This document shows positions 1 through 15,033 of a DNA stretch of 64,000 bases, one piece after another. How positions within the stretch are numbered: the first letter of the stretch is position 1; each line of letters starts with the position of its first letter. This stretch comes from Trichoplax adhaerens (Eukaryota > Animalia > Placozoa): positions 2,952,152 to 3,016,151 of the forward strand of contig NW_002060944.1 of assembly GCF_000150275.1 (NCBI RefSeq). The letters run 5' to 3'. The translations under genes and the position numbers were made by a program. The notes under the pieces were generated by a model, which did not search any database, was not told the DNA's origin, and was given only the letters and a program-made list of their open reading frames with translations.

Positions 1-3000
1 CAAGCCGCGTTAGTATTGCCGGAAACAATGCAGGGCATAATGGATGCGTCTGCTACACGGATCCCATCTAAACCGTGGATTCTAATTTTAAAAATAATAA
101 AATTAATGCAATCAATGCAATTTTCATATTCTAAAATGCTGTGTGCAGTATTATTTTAAGATCATTTTACATAATAATATTGCCAGTGCAACTAAAATTA
201 TAGGTGATACATATACGATACACGTATATACCTTAGATCTGAATCAACCACAGTTGTAGGATCGTCAACAGCACCCATCTTACACGTACCAACCTAATAG
301 TATATTAATACGTTTAAGAGAGTAAAGGAAGCTATTTTTTTAATTAAGTATACAGCGGCAGGGCTATTTACGCTTAATAGATTAAGTTGTAGAATTTTGC
401 CTTATATCATGGAAAGCTAACGTACCGGGTGAAAGCAGTCCATGCCATATACTCTTATAACATCTTTCCAGTATTCAATGCTGTTATACTCATGTGATGA
501 ATCAATTTTATAACGCAAAACTTCTTTAATATACGAACAAAGTGGCTCTGTCTCCAACAGCTTAATGGCATATTGCACTATCTAAAGATCAAATAGGAAG
601 AAGTTAAGATCTATATATAAGGGATATTTGTTTTCATAGTATCGTTTGCGATTAGACAAATTAAATAATTATATCGTGATTCATAAAGTAAACATTTGCC
701 ATATAATTGACTATAAATTTCTTTAGCATTTAATAACCTTAGCCATGGCTGTTAAGTCATCAGGGTCATCATAATATTTAGGATCAATATCAGGATACTC
801 TGCTGGATCAGTACTTCTCAGTTTTACCGTTCCTCTACTTTTAGGATGTAGCAGTACGGGTACTAGAGTGAATCCTAAGTCGAATATTGTATTTTTAGTG
901 ATTGGCATATTACACATCTAAGTAATAGGAAACTTACAATACCTGCAATTAAACATCAGTACGTGTATTTATATATTTAAATACCTATATTATATATACA
1001 TATCTATAAAACAAATACGTCGCGCGGAAATGTTCCAATGAGGCTAGCTACCATTTCAATTTACTTATTTGTGATTATTATTTCTTACCTTCTTGATCTT
1101 GAGCCATAGAATTGCCTATGAATAACGGGAAATGCCTAAGACAATATGAATATGATTATATTTTAGGACATTTAATGCGTTTCTTTCAATCATTTTAAAA
1201 ATAAAAACTATTGCCAATGCCAAAATAATTTAAGTCCTAAAGGCTCTGCAAAGATGTTAATTAGTGTTCTCAGTATTCTCTTCATTGAACACTTTAATAA
1301 CTAGCGCTATTTTCAATCTTCATCGTTGTGTCAGAATAAAAACTTTGAGCAATCTTACTTTTCTTTATTATAGCCTAAGTTTTCGTAGTAAAATTTATCG
1401 CTCAGTACACCATAGCCAAACAAATGGATCTGAGTATCGGGCCATGGTAGTGCATCCTAAAATAACAAAGCAGTTTAACTATAAATGCTATCAGCATGTA
1501 ACAGCTATTCGGCTAAAATTTATTTTTAAAGCGCCTCTAGATATATAGATGGAATACAGATGTTATTACTTAATATCAGTATCTTGAGAAACTATACTCG
1601 ACATCTGTTTAATTGTAAATGATGATTAAATAATATTTATAACTTAATTAATTAATTGTAGCAAAGTCTTTGCTATGACCTTTGCATGCGTAGAATCCTA
1701 ATAGAAGTCGCTTACAGTAAAAATATAATTAGGGAGAGTGAAGAAGAAATGATCCCACATTTAAGTTAGCTATAAATTTACATTTTATGACACTATAGTT
1801 AAAATTAGGGAAACTAACAAAAAAATGGATTTGGAAATAAGTTAAAAGAAGTTCGCAATATACAAAATTCCTAAATACTATTTATAAATGGATATAACTG
1901 ATAAAAGAATTTGTTACGGTGATATTTAGTACATTTATTGTAGCATTTCATTTCGATTTCATGCTTATTCTATCATTGTATGATATAATATGGTTAGAAT
2001 ATAACTTAAGACGTAGCATTTCCTTACACTGTCATCAACAGCATTAACAAATCCGCTAGCAAGGTATCCGCTTGAAGCTATTACACCCTGTAAAAAATCA
2101 ATTCGTAATTATGTATTATTTTATATTCTAGAACTGTAAGATTGCATCCAAAATTGGGTTATTCTAATCCGATAGACGATTATATTACGACTTCTGACCT
2201 TGCCTTTAAAAAGGTATTTCAGAATAGATGACAGTTTAGTAGCAGACTTTAAATTTAAAGTAGAGTTTTGCAAGTCTTTGGTTAAAGAACTAATGGAGAT
2301 TGCGTTGTGATCCTGAAATATAGATATGTAAAGTACAGAATTAAACGATTATCATCATAATGGCAGTAGGCTACTTTTCAACATCATATAAACCTATCTT
2401 CCGTGTCATTAACTATAACAAAATCATACCTGCATATTCCTTCCAACCGGTAAATTAGCAACCACCGGAATCTATAATATAGCATTTTAAATTTCAAATT
2501 TTACTATAATTAGGAGTACATATACTTCTATAGTGAGATTCTCTATTTATAAGTATTTGAATAGATTAGTATTGCTATTTGAGGGTAAAGATTTAAATTC
2601 TACCTCTAGTTTTTCTAAATCCTCCTTAGGTCCTACTCCTGATAGTAGAAGGATTTGTGGTGAGCCAATAACACCTCCACATACTATTACCTCGCTATTG
2701 CATGATATTGTTATAATTTTGTCGCTATTTTAAAAAAATAATTATTTCACGTATTGAAAAACAGATTGAATAAAAGAAGTATCTTCTATAAGGTAATTTA
2801 GTTCGTTGAAAATAACAATATTAGTAAAATAGAAACGGATAGGTTACAATGTATCTCTATGGGAACACGTTACTTCGTACTGTAGTAACATAATCTGTAG
2901 CGATGCATAGTAATCTGTTGGTCCTTATTAGCAATTATTGTTCAAGTACTACTGCAGAGGCATATAATCAACATAGGATAAAGCTAAAAGTCCCAGGATA

Positions 3001-6000
3001 ATCATTTTGTAGCACGTACTAAACACGAACTAATAACAAGTTATGCGATTAGTTTTATCTTATAGTATTACTATAATATGAGGAAATTTTTGATTCTGTA
3101 TACAGTAAAAGCCGAGATGTAAGTTTACAAAGTATCATACTGTATTTCTGGAAAGACCATGTACATTTCTTTCGTTGTCAACATTGGTAGATTAGTACTT
3201 ACTTTTTTGAAAATTCAACGCCTACGGCTTTGTTCTCCTTAAACACAACCTATGAGTGGAAGGCAATGGGTAAAATTTTAGCGACATCGATTAATGCCAC
3301 TGCAGCAAAAAAAGAGCAAATTCAGAGGGGAAAAAAGTATCGTGGTCCACCCCGAAAGATTCAACCATAGTAGCAAATGGAAATTTTCTTGAAAAATAGC
3401 ATTTCAAGAATGGATTACCTTTCTGACGAGACAATTAACGCCAATAGCCAAATTTCTACGCCTCAGAACCTTAGATGTCAAGTAAGATGCAGCTGTGCTT
3501 TGTCGCTGTCCATTTTTAATTACTAATTGGCCTAAATCAAATCCATTCTAAAATGATAGTATTACATGAGAAATTTGCCAGGTAAATAACCTTTCGTTTA
3601 CATTTATAACGGTTACATTAGAAGAATACAATAATCTGCGATTAAAGGAATATCGATAGTAAATATGCCAATACTGTACTGATACACACTTATGATTTTG
3701 CATCGACTCCAAAGCTATAATTTCATAATTTTAATTTACTGACAGCTTACTAAACTCCTCAACTGGATTAAACTTTATTACGACAGATTAAGTACTAGTT
3801 TACTACGGTACATTACATTTCAATAATCAAGATATCTCAAGTTTAATATTGCAATGTGCACGACAGCGTAACTTAATTTCATGCATGGAAGTTTGCATGC
3901 TCAACAAAGCTTGAATATACAAGAGCTCTATACTTAAATTTATTTGAAGTAGCCCTAGAGCCCTTTAATTAGTTAAACTTTAGAGCCTTCGCAACTATTA
4001 GCCATACTCGAATAACTGAACTGCAATATTGCACTACTGCGTTACTGAACAAAAATATGTAAGAAAATACTAGCAATTTAAACATAATCATACACTGTAC
4101 TAATGACTTATTGTAATGGTCAGCTATAGTTCGTACGAAGAAATTTATCTAATGATCCATTGCCGTTGTGATAAGTAATTTTCTCATGCTATCTCTTTTT
4201 TTTGGCAGAGGTAAGTATTTATTGGATAGTTGAATGGCTTAAATAACAAGTCAATCAGACAAAACTACATATCTGCTATAAAAAATACCGTACACTGTCA
4301 TTTCTACTTCTATTCTATCAAATGCAAGCCTGACAGAAGGATCTCAAGTGCCCTTAACATATTACTTGTTGATATATGCTGTATGGAAATCATAGCATAA
4401 CTACAGTAGTACTACATCGTAGGATCCAAATATAAAAATGTAATTTTAAGTAATGTCCTACTAAAGTTGTTCAAATTCTAAATAAAGATTTAAGCTGAAA
4501 GTATCTTATTCTGTAAGATAAAAATTAATTTTTAGCCCTTGTCAAGCATACTACGTACTAGTCAGAAATGTATTGAATCACTGTCAGCATAACTATAGCA
4601 CGTACAAGGAGTTCTTATCCGTAACCAAATTACAGTATATTTACCTTGACTCCACTGTTAATATCACATTCTTTATTTCCCAACTTCACGCCTAAAATGA
4701 ATACGTTAATACGACTCGTAGTTAACGACAGTATATTAGATATGATTATACAACTGTGCTATGATAACAATAATATCTATCCAATCACTCTATTATAACG
4801 AATCGTAATACATAATCGAGCATTGTAATTAAAGTAATTACCTGCTTTAACAAAAGCATCAGTTACTGGAGTAGTAAATGATGGGTCAGTCACAGTTACT
4901 GGACCTCCTACCCCGTGGGCAGGATCTTTTCGAAATTCTGGCCTAAATAAGGTATATTGTTATCGATTAAAATCCTTTTTAATCAATGACGAAGGCTGTT
5001 ATCAGACAATTTTTTCTTGTTATCTATGGCATTCAAATGTACAAACGCTATCGTGATATTATTTGCGGTAGCTTTTATGAAAGTAGTTATGAAATAAAAA
5101 GTAATACTATGCTGACTAGTTTTACATTGATATTCGAACTAATTAGTTAGTAAGTATTTTCCAGATCAGCCAGTTATTTTATCATGTCATATGAATTATT
5201 AGTTTATGATCTTCAATTAATTTTTTCTAACTACATCGTTTCTCATTGCTATTCTTCAATGTATCAAGATGTAATAGTGCTTACCTGATGTTATTTTCGG
5301 ATTTAATGAAGTATGGCAGTACACTTTCGAAATTCCAGCCTTGCGCACCTAGGCAGGAATGCATTTAAATAGTTAACATTGCCGTCAATAATTGCTAAAT
5401 TTAGGCCCATGTTTTAAAAGTATCATAATAATACAGATATATCTGCTAAGGGGAAGTCATCTAATACTAGGCCTTACGGTTAAATTTACTATACATAATA
5501 AGACGATTATCGCGATTCTAAAAAACTTCAGGGCATATAATTATAATAGTTAATCTGTTACTATTGCAAATGATGTAGTAAACATGGGAATCAATAATGT
5601 AATTTCAAGATCTAAGTCTACATTTTCAGTTTAAGTAAGGCTTGTGAGCATATTTTAATTTCATTTACCCATCTCTTGCCAAGTATCATAATCTCCCTTG
5701 CACCCACGTATATAGACCATAAAATTAATAGAGCTACATCCTCCAAGCACCTTAGTATAAAACGTTATAATAGAGTTAGTGTACGGCTATCAGTATTTAA
5801 ACAAGATTTCACACATACGGGTATGCCTGAATACTGTATACATTCTGCGTACTACTGCGATAATAATACTACTTAATCGCAAAAACTACAAAGGATACAA
5901 GTTTAAAGATAGAATATGATAATTACTCTTCCTCTTGGAATGGTAGCGACCTGTCCACACGCTAATCGCGAATTCGATTGCTCAACCGACTATAAATTTA

Positions 6001-6436
6001 ATTGACATAATTGAATAAATAAGGTGATAAACTTTATGGTTAATTTCTATCATCAGCTACATCAAAATCATCAACTTATGCTGTTATTATCAATTGTTTT
6101 TAAACAATTTGTTTAATACGAGTATCGATACTCAATATGGGAGAAAAAAATTCGAAAGACGGATACTGCAATACTGAATCTAATAAGAAAAACCTTATAG
6201 CTCCAATCGAAATTGGGGTCATTATGCAAATCAATTGTTTTTGCAGGAACTTTTAAAGCACTTTTCTTCTCATGGCTAGGACCGGCTTCCAATAATAAAA
6301 CAGTAGTTTTAAGATCTTCACTCAAGCGATTGGCGATAACGCAACCAGCAGAGCCACCGCCAATGACTATATAGTCATAAGCTGGCAAGAAATTATCGGT
6401 GATAGCACTTCGTTTGGTGAAATATGAATAAGACAT
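1..6436 (-). CDS. GMC oxidoreductase paralog 1 (choline/glucose dehydrogenase-like), multi-exon, 3' end runs off the window
   Basis: Spliced translation gives YDYIVIGGGSAGCVIANRLSED (FAD-binding GxGxxG), PRGRVLGGCSSIN, MQDH, LLHPKSRGTVKLRS, FHPVGTCKMG, VVDSDL and VADASIMPCIVSGNTNAA. GT-AG introns. An in-frame stop lies just upstream of the ATG at 6436. Confidence 0.95.
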
Positions 6437-9400
6437 ACTTGTACTTCAAGGGACACTATCACTGTTGAGAAAGAAGACTTTTGATTTTAGATTTTAGTAA
6501 CTTGAATAGTTGAATAAAAAATCATTTACGATAATCGCTGAATCAATCTATTACGTAAAAATACATCTACTACGGGTTGTATAATCTTTAACTTATAGCT
6601 CATTCACGATTTGGTTTGGTGAATTAAACTAGAATTAAATTTTAATTTGTAATACAAGTATGAGTATAACGGAATAAGATAATTTAATTATTATACTAGA
6701 ACTACTTATCATGACAATATTTACCTACCGGCTAAAGGAACTCTTTAAAATGTTGATATTTCTACGGTTATCTTCAAGCTTTCCTAACAGATAGGATCAA
6801 AATTTAGATTTCTACTTAAGTAATCAATCGTGCCTGGTTCCAGAGAAAAATTCTATCCCAGGTTGATTATTTAGTCTGCATATATTATAGACCGGTCCGT
6901 TAATGGTTTCAAGCCCAAAATCTTAAACTTTCTCACGGAAAGTCAAATAATTAATCAACAATATTGGTCGTAACACCTACCGAATTTACGATAATATCTC
7001 ATTATTCAAGTTATTATCATAACAATCGATTGTTTCTTTAGTTGAAGCCTAAGAACTGACGTAAATCCAAGGTAGTTATTGTATTGAAATATGGGCATTA
7101 AATGTAAACAGCAGCTATAATTATTCATCTAGAAACTACCTAATCACCCCGATTATAGGTCATCATGATGGTGTCATAATAATCAGTTTAGATTTTTGTG
7201 CTGCACCTCACTGGAACGGGCTACGAGCAGAAATAGATGTGCATTGGACGTATCATGGTCGTAAGAGTAGCTTTTTTATTGGGCAACAGCTAGGCCTCAG
7301 ACACTAAATTTGGGCTAAAATATTTAATAGGGCTTAGTTTTTCTTTAAATGTAGTAGACTGCTATATACTAGACACCTGTAGATATAACTATGTTAAACT
7401 GTATCAAGCATTACCGATCTTGCAGCAAGCAAACAACTACCATTCAACTAGAATTGCCTATAATCCCAGTCACGATGTTATGATACTTTTCCACCATTTC
7501 ACAGTGTGATGTCGGTGGGCAAAGCCAAGGACAATTGAAAACGTAAAGAGTTCTTTACAAAATGATAGAGGCCTCAAGTAGAGCACGATATGGCAGTCTA
7601 CGTCAAATAGTGTATTGTATTATATAATAGGCGAAAATTACGTAATAATATAGACCGTGATCGTGCATTAAATTGTCCGTAATATGTATGTTATATCATT
7701 CAGTAGAATGCGATATTGTACCGCACTGTACTGTAAGGTCCTTTGTTGGGTACCCGAGTTGCTATACTATATAATATTTGGGAAAAATTCGACGTATATT
7801 GCCTGTAAGCTAATGTGTATGAGATATGTAAATAGGCAATACCATGTTAGCAGACATAACACCAAAATGAAGGATCAACAAACTAAATTAGTCGCTGTAT
7901 TAAGCTCTCATGCTAGACTTCTGTCTCGTTATATTTGTATTTACTGTTAACATCAGATGTCTATCTTGACCTTTAGTTCGATATATGCGTAGAAGAGTAA
8001 CTTATAGTTATTGTTAAATCAATAAAAATGATTCTGTATTATATGTCGTACTTCATGGCGCCAAAAGTGCTATCATCGATATGAAAATGGATGTTTGCGA
8101 ATGCATTATCGAAATGTTACTTTAAACAAGAAAAAGAGCCAATTTACCTGATAGGTCGCTATGGCTCGTAAATTTATATCAATATGGCAATATGTTATAT
8201 TTACTTAATAGTATGGAATGTTAGCCTGTTTGTCTGCTGAACTCTCTATCTAATGTTTAAAGTGTCTCTATACAAAATGAATTCATTTGCAACTTTAATT
8301 CAATACCGTAATTGAAATTTATATTAAGATTACTAAGATAGCTATTTTTAATACAACATAATCTGCATGAGTCTCAAACTCGGTTCAACGAAGGATGCAA
8401 TACTGTAGGCCAATATGAATACTCGAGATAGCACTATAAACCAATAATTGTCACGTCAAAATTTGGTTATAAATTATTTCTATGAATCTTCCAATTTTCC
8501 TTTGATTGAAAGTACTAAGAAATAAGTAACAGTTAATGAGCTAATGTTTTTTATCATTCGCAAATTTTAGCTGTCTTTAAGATTATAGCTCATGTCTTAT
8601 GAAGACAGCAAGCACAATCGATTGAAACGGTAGTACTTGCATGATTATGGTATATTCGTGCATAAGACTAATGAAACAACCGTTATCGCCGATTGATAGT
8701 TGTGCAAGTAATAGCGCTAATAGCTATCAGCATTCATTTAACAGTTCTAGCCGATCTTTAAATACAATTATTCAAAATTAGTATTTTAACGAAGAAATAA
8801 ATAGCACTCTTCCAAGTTGTCAAATAATTCAATTTGGCATAAAGGTAGTGCGTAGTGCTATTCATTACAATAAATTATACGGTAGCTTTTACATAAATTC
8901 ACTACTATACCAGAAGATTAGACTTTTCGAGAAAATTTGCAATTGCTTTGGATTGTAACGGAAATTAAATTTCATGTCTGAGAATTCATAAGATTTTCAT
9001 ATAAACATTGTTAGCGAATAAATTATCAGCACACATACACTAAAGTTTGGTATTTAAAAAAATTCTCAATTAATAGCGGAATGTGCTAAAGATATCCCTA
9101 ATTTTCATTTCGCAGTTAAACTGGTAAGCCAGCAACTGCGTAACGTAAAGCTATCCTATTCGATTGAAAAATTTCATTACAAGTTAATCATAATCTTTTC
9201 ATACTTGTTCTCCACAAATAATGTAATGCCATAGGACAATCACCATTGGTGAATGATCATAATAGTTTACAAGACTGCAAATATATCACGAAATAACATT
9301 GTATTTTTATAATATACGTAGATTATAAATATTTAAGAAATAAGAGTTCTTATACCTGATACACTGTATCAGATACCTTATTTCAGTTTTAGTTTATAAT

Positions 9401-9545
9401 TTAACAAAAATTATGAGAAATCTTTACATATATTGTGATATCAAAGTAATTATAAGCTAGAGATCTATGTATAAAATTAATTATTTCAATTTAAGATATC
9501 TACAGGTAGTGAACTCAAAATATTTAAAGTTGAGTTATACTAACA

Positions 9546-12077
9546 CTATGAGCCGTCCTCTGTACAACCTTCATTATCTGACTTCTTCCAAAATATTATA
9601 TCACCAAAAGCTGAAGCAGTTAACAGATACGGTTCTCTTGGGTGGAATGCTAAGGAATAAATAATATCTCGTTTCGATAGATTGGCATTTAATTTTGTCA
9701 CTACAGAGCCCTACATTATTTTGTAGAAAAAGAGCGTAACATATACATCAATTAATAGCGACTTTAGGAATATTAATTTAATAGCAAATAATAAGAATGT
9801 ATACTATCTATCTTTTCAATGCTCGTTAATAACAATACCCGTTTACCTCTACTAAATCCCATATAAAAATATACCCGTCTTCGGATCCACTGACCACATG
9901 TGCATCGGTATGAGTAAAGCAACTATCAATTTTGTAATCTGAATTCTTATGACCGGTAAATCTTCATGACATTATATAATTTGAAAATCAGAAGGTGTTA
10001 TTAACAAATGATAACTATTTGCAATATGTTAAACAATAGATACTGATTTACATCATACTGTACATATGGAAAAAATCGCAGCCTACTAGTATTTAAAATG
10101 CAATCCCTGTCAATTCGTCCTTACTAATCAGTACTTACTCATTTAAAAGCTGACCAGAATCTTTATCTAGTAAACGTAAAGTATTATCTAGGCAAGAAGT
10201 CAGGATACATTGGCCATCCTTTGAATAGCTTACACTGGTTACAGGAGCTAAAAGATCCCATAGCGCGATGTTATGATTATTCACAATATTATTCCTTTAG
10301 TTTTGCACTCATTACATCTTATATGATTATAGGTACCATTACAGATCATGTTGTCATATTCGTAAACAAATTGTCGTAATATATTAGTTCACTACATTAG
10401 CTTACGTCCAATGTAATCTTCATTCATTTTTCCAGCTCGTAAGTCATACAAACGTACTTTGCCATCTATGCAGCTAAAGATCAGAAGAACTTTGTGAAAA
10501 TAAAGTATAAATGCAACCTAATAATAATTAGATGTGTAATCAGCTCAAATCTTTCTACCCAGATATAATCTCATGGTTGGAAACTTTAACGCTCGAAATA
10601 CTATCAGAAGCTTCGTCCAAGACTTGAATAGGATCATAGCGCCTCGATCTAAATTAATAATTATAATACTTAAATAGTGTCATTGTACCTAGGGTAAATG
10701 TTCAGACAGTAGAAAGATATAAACCATAAATACCGATTAAAAATCGACTCAGTATTATTATCACAGTCTGTGAAATTATTCCTATTTGTCAAACCTGGTA
10801 TCCCATGTCCTGATGGTAGCATCATACGATCCTAGAAATTAAATCATTGAATGGGAACTCATTAGTGGTACCTCTCATCATATTCATAGTCTACCCAATT
10901 CTTGATTAATTATTGAAGAAATGAAAATTTGTTATACACAAACCTGTCACAATTACCGTACACTCATCATTGAAAGCAATGGAATTAATAGCCTACAAAC
11001 AATCACGACGGTCACATGTTACCACAAACATTTAACTGTCATATTTAGCATGACTGATCAAAATAATCTAATTCTACGAATACAAACATCTATACGCTTA
11101 TAGACATCAACTACTTTACAAGTTAATAATTGGTAGCAAATATTTTATCCTTAGACTTACAAAATAATTACTAAAAAAGTATTTGCATATCACAATTAAA
11201 TACTTTGATACTGTTAGGTATCAACCATATTGATAAAGTATGAATTTTAAATATCTATCCAAGTTATCCCGCGCCTTCATAGTGCACATGCCGTAGAACG
11301 TAACCTACCCCAGAGTGTCCTCTAAATTTTCGAATAATTTGACCAGTACCGACATCCCAAAGAATGATCATCTTATCGGTTCCTCCAGAAGCAAGTCTGC
11401 TATTGTCTAAGGTTCTAGTACCAGTAAAAGTACAACATTCAGCTTTATATCGGATCAGATATTATCGCTTTGATTTATACACAAACGGACCTATACAGTA
11501 TACTACAGTACAATCTAGTAGTCTATATCATCAATGATGATAGGCGTTACATTTAAGTTAATAATGAGGCTTTAGCTTAGCAACTTACGCTGCAATATCT
11601 AATACTTCTTGACCGTGCCCTTTATAGGTTTTGATAGATAGTGCAGAGTGAGGATTCCATAGTTTAATGATTTTGTCACTTCCACAGCTCAAGCAGTAAT
11701 TACCATTGTCTGAAGAGGAGATTGTTATTAGACAAATTGACCAGCATTATTGACGAGTAATTTATCAATCAACTCGTATTCAGACAGAGGGTTATTCGCT
11801 CATTAAATACTAGCTAAACCTGCACACCATGGTTTGCGAATGAGATTTCTTCTTATTCTAATATAAATTATCCATGATCTACTCGACACACAATGATTTC
11901 AGCTTGTGATACTTTGCTATAAACTATTTGTTTATCCAGTATTGAGCTGGTAAATTGTCCATTAGACTTACTGTTAAATCGAACTGCTCGTACAGGACCT
12001 TGATGGCCACGGAGGGTGCTTGAAGGTGTATCAGGAAGCTGAGCTGCTACAGCAGCCATTGCATGAACTGTCGCCAT
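9546..12077 (-). CDS. WDR83: WD-repeat protein 83 (MORG1) ortholog, about 10 exons
   Basis: Exons translate to GHQGPVRAVRFN-NGNYCLSCGSDKIIKLWNP, YKGHGQEVLD, SGGTDKMIILWDVGTGQIIRKFRGH, GSYDATIRTWD, PIQVLDEASDSISSVKVSNHEI, FTGHKNSDYKID and SLAFHPREPYLLTA, collinear with the human WDR83 sequence as recalled. ATG at 12077, TAG at 9546-9548. Confidence 0.93.
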
Positions 12078-15033
12078 GGCTTCCAGCAAATTGTAAATGA
12101 TTAGCCAGCCTATACTTACAGTACTGTAACTTGTAGGGTACAGTGTACAGTACATAAAACGCGTTACTGCACTCATCGTGACGTACTGTACAGTACAGTA
12201 CTGTAGTCTGTACGTCTGTACCATACCAAATTAGCGAACGGGGATGGACAGTATTGCAGCCACCTGTCCAAGTGTCCATTAAACTTCAAACCTTAAATTA
12301 AATTAAATGGCCTGATATAAACGTTAGGCTTGGTTTTTCGTGAAAAACCAATAAACCTCATTTAAAACAGTCTATTAAAAACGCAGATACCGATACAGTA
12401 AAGCTCAAGTTGAATAGTTTCAGCAAAGAAGAATTTTTAAGAGTGCAGACCATATTACCCGTACATCTACAAGGCGTGGATGATTGTACAGTAGACATTC
12501 CTTATTTAATACGGGTATACGCGTATGGTCGATTAAATAAATAATAATATTTGAATTGTACAAAATTGTCAACAATATACAGAATACTGTCTACAGAATT
12601 AAAATTTATAAGTCGGTCTGATGTGCAGATCTCTGGTATATAGTTTGTTTATATTGTTAATGAATGGTTACAAACTAAAATCTGTACAAAAGTAAATACT
12701 GCCTAGAAATTTTGCTATAGACAGTAGAATACATGTATACATATTTGTCGTGCAAAATATATCTAGTAAATACGTATTAACCTGAAAATTTTGTACCAAT
12801 AGTAGGATATGTATCGTGTAAATAAATTGTTGCAATAGTCTTACACGATCGCATAAATTATAAATATCTCAAATCAGTACTACTTTATGAACATTTGCAG
12901 TAACTAGTATGGTATTAGCAAAAGCCATTACCGGTATAAAATGTGAAAATTACAGCATTACCTTCTTTGGCTGTAACACAGCCACTCATCATATGGATTA
13001 GAAACTGGAAACGAATGACTTCATGTCATTTCTTAAGTTTGATTTCTAGATTAAACAGTAATTGTACTGATAAAATGAAATGGATTAACTAACGAGATGT
13101 TTTACAAAGGCGCTAGAGCTTTTAAGGCAGATTCTTTTAAAGTTTTAATAAGACCCTCAAGAAAGCAACTCACCTGAGGGAGCTCTATCAATATTGAAGT
13201 GAATTTATATTCCAACAAACATTGTTAGTCCTATTACTTCCGATCAAGTAAGTTGGTAGTCTATTACCATGCTATAATGCAACGTGAACGTTTTAAGAGA
13301 AATGCTAGTATATCTGGCATGCGAACTTATCAACTTGGAAAGTATTATAAACTACGCAACGCTATATTTATTAGATTGTACGTTTAATACGATGCAGAAC
13401 TATATATAGCATTAATACATTTCGATTGCTATCGTTTGTTTGCGTTAATTCGATATTACCTAAATTTAGCACGCTACAAACTTACTATTGTCACAGGTTA
13501 CATAATAATAATCGTGATTGATTATTTATAGTATTCTACACATGTGATATTCTACACTTGTTAATTCTACCGGTTAATTGTACTGTAGATTGTGCTGCGT
13601 ACACTAATGAATCTACTGCTACACAAACTTGCAATTAAATTGTGTTATAAGTGTGAACGGCACACATATAAGCCGCCGTTCTTCAATACAATAAAGAGAG
13701 AGTAGGAGTTAGTAGTTAGTTTTACAATAACTTCAACTACGTGTTCAATTTCTTGTCTCCATACTAATCGAGAATATTACGAATCTTCAACACGGTTGTT
13801 ACTATTAACTCTAGATAGCAATACACAACAGAAAGTGAATTAGTGTCCGCTAATGAGATCGCAGTAAACGAAGGATACGCACATTTCAAATGTTTACAAT
13901 ACATAGGTGATTGGGAACGAACTTAGCAGCATCTTGATGTAATTCCTCTACGTACGAACGTATATCCCAGAATCGACCTCCGTAGTGAATAATACGAGGT
14001 CTTAGCTCTTTAGTAAGCAATATATACTACGGCATGTAATGAAATACGTGTGTTATGTATCGGTTATAGGCTATGAAATAATGATATTATGAATAAATCA
14101 GCAACGCCACAGCAGAACGCCATAAACGATCTTCATGCACGTATATAGGTACAGGTATAAAACTTACTAATCTAATTTGCATACATCTTCCAAGGCTTCA
14201 GGCTTTTGTGTGCTAATGAGTTTAAATACATAGACCATAAAATTAAAATTTATAAGCTTCATCACTGCTGCAGCTATTTATTCTCTTAAATTCTGACCAG
14301 TAGTTATTTCATGATATACCATACGTGTAATTGTTACATATTGGAAATCACAATATTCTACTTTAGTAATATTTCAATGGTTAATTTAATATCTTTTCAA
14401 TCAATACTCAAGACTCACACGCCCCTTCGCTATTAAGCTAATTAATAATTTTATTTTAAGTATTTTGTATACTGTCATTGGACGTGTACCTAAATGTAAA
14501 ATTTCGGACTTAGCAGTTTGTAGCGAGTAAATAACTGCTACATAGCAATATCATTGCCAAAAAAACCTATTTTACAACCGTAGCAGTATAAAATCTTATA
14601 TAAATCGTACCGTGCCGTATTATGTAAATGAGTAACTTCTTGCATCATATGAAATTCCTATTATTAGATCACTCATAGCTAAATATTTTTCTACTCGTAG
14701 TACTTCACTTCTCCAGCTGTAATGCATTTCCAATAGTAAAATCAATTAAAACACTAAAGGATTTCATTTATTTACTTTGTACAGGATGTGTTAATAAATA
14801 CAGTTATTTGCGCAAACTCATGCAGTAATAATTACATAAGCAGAGATTGCATACCGCGCCTAATAGACATACGCCCCGGCAAGTACAGTATAGTAGCAAT
14901 CTTCAGCCTGCGAGAAGTTTGGTGTCTAGGATTGCATACATTACTTTGACATTATTTGCATAACTGTATTCTAAACTGCTCTAATCATGCTACCTCGTAA
15001 GATACGTTATACTTCTCCTCTAAAGGTCTAATA

